A stretch of 58,864 bases of DNA, from positions 12,154-71,017 of the forward strand of contig MQRK01235211.1 in assembly GCA_001938485.1 (NCBI GenBank). The letters run 5' to 3'. A model generated the notes under the pieces. It was not told where the DNA came from and made no database searches. It saw only the letters and a list, made by a program, of their open reading frames with translations. Position numbers and translations under genes: made by a program. Positions within the stretch are counted from its first letter, which is position 1. Every line of letters starts with the position of its first letter. This DNA is from Girardia tigrina. Taxonomy: Eukaryota. This document shows, piece by piece, positions 52,197-58,864 of the stretch.

Positions 52197-54155
52197 TATA
52201 TAAAACAATTAACCTAATAAAGATTATTTATAACATGAGTTAATTGGATATATTCTTTCAACTCAAGCCCTGAAATCAGTTTTTATCATAGGTTGAAATA
52301 TACCAAGAATTAAAAATAAAGTTTATTTCAAATGCATATATGATTACAATTATTGTCGTTGAAGAGAAATATATGTACTAAACATTCTCACCTCATTCTT
52401 TATATTCCAGAACATTTATTTTTAAATAAAATATATCTGGATTTCGAAATTCTGATTCTACGATCAAAAATTTTGAGATTATTAAAAAGTACATCACAAC
52501 AAGAAATAATCGTCAGCAGCAAAAATATTGATTTGTATCGTCGAACGTTCTAAAACTATCTAAGAACGTTCATGGTTATCATTAAATTAAATAAATCATG
52601 AATGTCAGTAAGTCATCGCATGCTCCCATATAACAGGTAAAATCATGTTAACGAAGGAAAAGAGATAAAAACTAAAAGAAACATGATAAAGAAAAGAGAT
52701 TCAGGAATCGTTGGCATTTTCAACATTATTTCATCATTATTGAAGCTCAAAGAGGTCTTCAGGTAGACAATTAAGAAATAACTCAGATTCATTTACGAAA
52801 ATAATGCATAATTTTGTCATGGACTTTGACACGTACTTGAAACAGATAGATTTAACTTAAGTAATCTTTTTAAAGTTTTTCGTTATGGTTTTATTTTTTT
52901 GTCTCTTGGCAATAAATTAAATATGAAAAATAGTTAATGTTTATGAATTTCGTTGTGTAGCATGATGAGGTCTGCTGTTATACAGTAAATATGCTTTCGC
53001 GTTAGAAGTTAAATAGCTCTTCGTTGAAATATTAATATATTCCACATCAGGTTTATGAAAACTGTTTTGCGTAATAGTTATGTGATGTAATATAATGATG
53101 TGAATCCATCGTTAACCTACATTTTTATAATCCTCATATCTTACATTTTCAATGTCTTGAAACATCACTTCGTCTTTTCCATTCGTTAATGTTTATTATG
53201 TCTATTTAGTTTTTGTGTTGCAACGTAACATTTGCAATCACCTTTTCCCAGTAAAATCAATAATCATGGCTTATTTCTTTCGACTAATAACTTTTTCATA
53301 ATAATTATTGGTCTGAAAAACTTAAATTTTTTAAAAGAACTCGCGTTATAATATTTATTTCAAAACTGAAATCATTAAAAATTAAAATTTTACAAATGTT
53401 TTTTGTTTATATTGGTTTTTATAAAATCATGTGTGTTGAAAGAGTGATCCTTAATGGGGGTTCTCGTGCCATCCAAAAAATAATTGCTGTCTAGTACAGG
53501 ACCATCGAATGTTTATGCATTTTAAAAAAAATGTCATTCAAATTGTTTTTTATATATTATATTGATTGAATTATTCTTAGATCAGTTAGTTTTAAATGTC
53601 ATTAATTGTACAAAAGATGACAAATGTAATAATATGAATCACCAATAATTGAATATTTTCTCAGAGTATTCTAAAAACAAAAGTTTAGACAGACAAAATA
53701 TTATTATGCTGAAATAAATATATTGAAATAATAAGATTCGTAAAATATAATCGTCTTAAATCGTTTATAATTTTCCACAATGTTTGTTCACTGACTTTAT
53801 TAGTTCAATAACTACTAACAATTAAAATAAAAAAATTATTTTATCAATTAGTGTAACAAAAAATATTCAGATACTTAAGTAAACTATTTATGAAGTGATT
53901 ACGATCCGGAAAACTTTTTTTCGGGTGTTTGAGGTCGGAATCCCATGATTAAGAGGAAGTCATATTCTTAACTAAATTATAAGTATGACTGAGCGCGGTG
54001 TACCGGTGCATCGAAATAGAAAGTTTGTTTCTGTTCACCGAAATAAATGTCAGTGCACCGTTATTTATTAATTTTTAATATTTTTTTATTAAAGACTGCA
54101 TTGAATCGACTGTGATGAAAAACGAAACATAATAATGAACAATTTATGTGATGTA

Positions 54156-54458
54156 CGCCTCCTCCCGCGGTAACCCGCATACGCTCCTCAGGAGCCAAAG
54201 GAGCCGAGTCGGTGTTTCATTGGATTTCACCCCTCGACTGATGTGGGCGTTGTCCGTAGACATTTCCACATCCCGCTCGGATAGCATTGCCTTTTCAAGA
54301 GGGTGGATTGCCGGCCCAGGCCCTCGTACTATGTTGGTCAGCACCGCAACAAGGCAAGCTTCGGACACTTTAGCCTAGAGCATGCTCCAGTTTCCCAGGG
54401 ACACCACGTGGAGGTATGTCCGACTGGCTTACACAGGTTACCAAAGTAACGGGTCCCC
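54156..54458 (-). mobile_element. 303-bp non-autonomous retroelement headed by an HDV-like ribozyme
   Basis: GC-rich island flanked by a 12-bp direct repeat TTATGTGATGTA (54144-54155 and 54461-54472, with 2 extra nt at 54459-54460). The 5' end coincides with ribozyme G1. Confidence 0.85.
54361..54458 (-). ncRNA. HDV-like (double-pseudoknot) self-cleaving ribozyme
   Basis: Hand-folded: P1 GGGGAC/GUCCCU (G1-U wobble), J1/2 with GUUAC-UUUG-GUAAC hairpin, P2 UCGGACAU/GUGUCCGA, P3 ACC/GGU, L3 UCCACGU, P1.1 CC/GG, P4 CUGGAG-CAUG-CUCUAG, J4/2 GCUAA(A) with the catalytic-position C at 54373. Confidence 0.85.
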
Positions 54459-54589
54459 AATTATGTGATGTAAATCATTTGTCACTTAATACCGATACCT
54501 GAACTTTAAATAGTCAAAGTGGTTATATTTCTTTGACTGTACATTGTATTACCGATGATGGGAATTTGAAAAAAAACTTATCTTCTCAC

Positions 54590-56400
54590 CACAAACAAAT
54601 TTTTGGAAAGCCATACAGGAAAGAATATCGTCGAAAAACTTTGTACAATCTTGGACGATTGGAAGATAAATATAAGTATCATTGTTGCAATTGTTACAGA
54701 TAATGCTAGAAATATGATTGCTGCATTTCCGGAGCCTAAATTCAAACATCAATCTATCTTTGCATATTCAATGCGTGGAATCTGTAACAAAAGAGTTAGA
54801 TTATGTTAAAGATTTACTGGAAAAGTGTCGGAAATTGTTTGGACATTTTAAACACAGTGCTTTGGTTACTTCAACTTAAAACATTTGGCAAAAAACTTGA
54901 AGTTCGTAACATAGGTTTATTCAAGACTCCATAACTAGATGTAACTAGAGCGTTAATTGGAACAGAAACTTTCCATTTATGCAGTTCTACAGTCAAATAC
55001 AAAAAAATACAAAAAGTTGATAACATATTATCAGTTGAACTTTCTCAAAATGGTTGGGAACTAATTTGAACATTAATATCAATTGTAAAACCTAGAAAAT
55101 TAATAAAAGAAGTAATGTGTGGCTTAAATATGTTACTGCATTTTTAATATTACCTCGTGTTCATCAGCTTTTGAATAGAAAACTCAACAAGCAGAACATT
55201 CGAAGGAATAGCAAAATTGTTTGTTTTGTGAATAATAAAAACGAAAAATGTTAAAAAAATAAAAATAAAACAATGCGATGAATATTCGTCTTTTTTGTGA
55301 TATTTTTAATTTAATGAAAATTATGTTAATTAATTCGTTGTTTTACTGAATAAATAAAATAATTTTGGCGCGAAAATCTTTTGTTTTGATTTAGATAAGA
55401 CACCATCAATTGTTTTTCAATTTAAAGCTCTGTATCGGGTTTTTAATGCGTTTTTGACTATTTCTTCTGGAACTTTGGTTGAAGAGTGACAACTGATACA
55501 TGATGAAAACTAATGATGAGATGTTTAAAAGATATTTGGACAGTAATTGGGAAAGTGTGCAATGCGTCGCGGATGTGATGGGAGGAATGAAGGATACATC
55601 GATCAATTTTGAAATTAAAGAAAATATCGACTTTGACGAATTATATGCGGATTTGAGTCGGTCTCAGAAGACGGCATAATTGATTTTGAATCTTTACAAT
55701 GATTGTGAGACTTATCGGAGTTGTTTTGAAGTTGATAAGGTATAATTAAGCATTTCCCCTCGACCCCACACCCGCCCCACGAATACAGGGTGCCGCAGCC
55801 ACGCTGCGCACGCTCTCTTATCATTGTTAGTCCAACAATGATTATTGACTTAAAAATGTATTATTCAATAAATCAAACTCTGGACACCTTAATTGACATT
55901 GCAACTCTTTTGGATCCATGATTCAAAAGTTTTCATTCCTATAGGAGGAACAAAAAATGGATAATTAATAATTTTCAAAGCATTCTTCTTCAACAACAGA
56001 ATCTGGAATTAATACATAAAATTAATGTAAGTGATAATTTTGAAAAAAACAAGTTCTCAGCTAAGTTTTCGAAACTCAAACCCATGAACGAGTTGATATC
56101 AAAACTTGCTTGAAAAGCAAATACCACAAATAATTGAAAAAAATAACCTGTAAATGTATAAATCATCTGAAGTATTACCTTATAGAGCCCCTGAATCAAA
56201 ATGTGCAAGATAGAAACTTATAGTGGCGCGAAAGTGCTAATCGTTTCCTGATTATCGTATCTTATATCAGAAAATATTTCTCTTTATCCGCCACCAGTGT
56301 TCCTTCTGAACGTGTATTTTCAGTAACAGGAAATATCGTAACAGCGCAACGGAATTGTTTTACACATCAGATTGTCAAACTATTCACCTTTTTTAAACTG
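54590..56400 (+). mobile_element. hAT (Ac/ZBED1-like) transposase remnant, interrupted
   Basis: ESHTGKNI, IVTDNARNM, KCRKLFGHFKHS, ATLLDP*FK and SATSVPSERVFS..GNIVT occur in the expected order. An insertion occupies ~55190-55830. Confidence 0.85.
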
Positions 56401-56469
56401 TAATTTGCAATAAAAATGTGTTTGTCACCTTATGTTTAATTGTATTATATTATTATTATATTTGTATAA

Positions 56470-57110
56470 TTATGATATAATTAGTAAGTAACGATCATTA
56501 ATATATAAATTGTTCTCCGTGTCTCCAACTCTTGTTTGTTTATGTTCAAATCTGCTGTTATTTCGTGTCACAGTATCCTTGTAGCTCTTGATTCTGTTCT
56601 GCGTCCCGTTATCTCTCACTACATTTATATGTTCTATATTTTTGATCTCATGTATCGTCTTGATCTTCTCTTTTATTTGTTCTACTCCTTTTACTTTATT
56701 TATCCGAACTTCGTTCTTGATATCCATGTTATCACAACAGTTCATTAATATTGTTTCTATTATACTCTCTTTTGATATGTTATGTTGCATGATTCTTTCT
56801 GTCGTCTTTTCTATTTTTTCAAAAAAACTTCAGGTATATCATCCTTCATCCTATACCGGAAAGCTTCTGACCAATCCTCAAATAGAGAGGATGTCCTACC
56901 AAATGCTTTTCGAAGTCGATTTTTATATACACTTATCGACTTGTCAACGGTCTTCTACGTTTCCTTTATGTCTCTGTCCAACAGACACAATACAATGACT
57001 TATTGTTTCGGTTTTGCCACTCCCGCGAATTGGAAGAATGTTTCACATTCTTCTATGAACGTTTCCACATTGTCACATTTCCTGAATTTTCAGGTAGTAA
57101 CTGGTTCGTG
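56470..57110 (-). mobile_element. Ty3/gypsy-type gag remnant
   Basis: KFRKCDNVETFIEECETFFQF..LCLLD..KNRLRKAFG with in-frame stops, continuing into ORF 56470-56790. Confidence 0.55.
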
Positions 57111-58754
57111 AAGTTATCCAAAGCAGCGTTAGATTACTTTGAAATTTCTATTTAAAATTGATGTTTCATGTACGATTTTAATAAACATAACAGACGTGCT
57201 AGTATTCTGTAATCTGATTATAATTAAAATGTAGTATTTTGCATTATATAAAAGTTTTATTACCTCAATTGAAATCAGATATTAATTCCATAACTAAATA
57301 ATATTTGTCAATTGAGCGATCAAAAACGGATGATTTTTTTGCTGGAAATAAATTTTTCATTGTTGAGAAAAACTTATGTGAATATAAACAATAAAAATCA
57401 AAATACGATATTCCATGTATAAAGGGGATTTATTTTTTATAGTCAGTCGATATAATCTCTTGTGTATATGGGAAAAAAGATAATAAGTTAACAATGAATT
57501 TTATATTATTTACTTTTATACAACTTACGATAAATAACTTATCATTCATTCTATGAGCACTGCAAAGCTTATGTGTACTAATTTTAAATATTGTTTAATT
57601 TAACTTAATACATCAATTAGTTTTTTACAGTTTAAATTTAAGAATTAACCGTAGACATATGACCAATATTGAACAATCAATAACATTTGCCTTGAGTACA
57701 CTACTACACCATTATCTTTTTTCATTCATTTTGTTTCATTTTAATAGGTTTGAATAATAAATAAAAGTAGACAGGAGTTAAAGATTACCAAATAAGGCAT
57801 GAAACAACTGGTGGTGATTTAAAATTTGGCATGTGTTAGTGGTACACCACAGTAAAGATTCTAGGATTAAATTTCGTTTTTCATCATAATAAAATATTTT
57901 TAAATTATTTTTTATACTTTTTATTTCAAAAAGTCAATTCAGTATTAGTAAAAAATCAATTTTGTATTAATAGTGTTTTTAATACATCATTGTATCAGTA
58001 ATGTCATATCAATCTAATCTCAAGTACCGAATTCAATAATAAATTGTATTAAGTTGCCGATTTATTTTTATGGAATGCTTATCAGTTATTTATGTAAGTA
58101 GCGTTTATGCCACTTTCATTATCATCAAATTCCGAAGTCATAATTTAACATTACAAAATTTATTGTATTATTTCTTTTAAAATTTTTATTTTAAAACTGT
58201 CAACTGAAAAAAATCAACTTTTAAATTTTTTTGATTTTAAACTCTGTTTTTATTATTTAATTTTTGCAAAAAAAATTAAATTAAAAACATTAAATTATTT
58301 AATGAATCGAAAATTTAAACTAACCCCTCATAATTTATAATATTATTATTATAAAGGCCAGTTGTACTTCGTGAGAGCTACTGATTCATTTAAGGTATCC
58401 AGAAAATCTATAAAACTCCTTGATAGACATAATCTTTTCTTTCTTTCTTTTAACTTAAATTTCAATGATGAGTTTCTAATTTATATATAAGAGCGGCTCA
58501 ATATTGAAAGATGCATGAAATCAAAAGTTAGATAAAGTTTGTGTGTTTATATAGATGCAAATATTTAAAGAGTTCAAAAATGAAAGAAATAACTAATCAT
58601 ATATTTTACAACGGTAGCTTACTATCACAAATCAAAAAACTGATACAAATTGTTCATTGAGGAACAAGATAAAATTCAACTCTATCTTTAAATCTCAATA
58701 CCCAGAGTGAACTCGTCGATACATTTACAAAACAAGAGGTAGTCTTTCAATTAC

Positions 58755-58864
58755 AGGGTGCGGCAGCTATTTGAGAACAAAATGACATAAAGTTCAAAAA
58801 ATGAATATACAACAGAAAAATAACATTTATTACAATTTAAAATTTTACATATATTAACACGTAC
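58755..58864. mobile_element. Probable start of a Tc1/mariner element
   Basis: TA|CAGGGTGCGGCAG TIR-type start. The partner TIR is not in the window. Confidence 0.3.

Noticed and set aside
54192-54202. GAGCCAAAGGA 11-mer shared between the ribozyme element and the RTE 3' end
   Set aside because: Short, and in the opposite orientation relative to each element's sense strand, so it cannot establish a partnership.
54296-54325. SRP/7SL RNA (about 300 nt, AGGGTGG..CCGGCCCAGG resemblance)
   Set aside because: No helix-8 GNRA loop followed by AGCAG, and no Alu domain. The opposite strand is fully explained by the HDV fold and the TSD.
54144-54378. Short ORFs on both strands of the ribozyme element, including a PGP motif
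   Set aside because: No D(V/I)ExNPGP 2A motif and no recognisable domain. Short ORFs are expected in a GC-rich island.

Overview
Very AT-rich, transposon-laden eukaryotic (animal) draft scaffold with several N gaps. The composition, the 54-56 nt introns mixed with TE-filled long introns, and the NeSL-like/mariner content are reminiscent of a planarian-type flatworm, but that is inference only. One host gene can be reconstructed by hand on the + strand: about 10 exons over 16599-50887, all intron phases consistent, ~820-840 aa. It encodes a single-pass receptor with signal peptide, SUEL-type lectin, CUB-like, Sushi/CCP, Ser/Thr/Pro stalk, TM helix and a Tyr-motif-rich tail. The rest is mostly nested mobile DNA: a 10.2-kb hAT interval with an 8-bp TSD that holds a decayed NeSL/R5-like RLE retrotransposon with two tandem Ulp1-type protease domains; three RTE-like LINE pieces with C-terminal C2H2 fingers, two of them sharing a conserved 65-nt 3' end; mariner, Tc1, DD37E-like, pogo, Merlin and hAT remnants; and gypsy gag fragments. 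The most striking feature is a 303-bp TSD-flanked, apparently non-coding element at 54156-54458 (- strand). Its first 98 nt fold into a complete HDV-like self-cleaving ribozyme whose predicted cleavage site is the element's 5' end, i.e. a ribozyme-headed non-autonomous retroelement.
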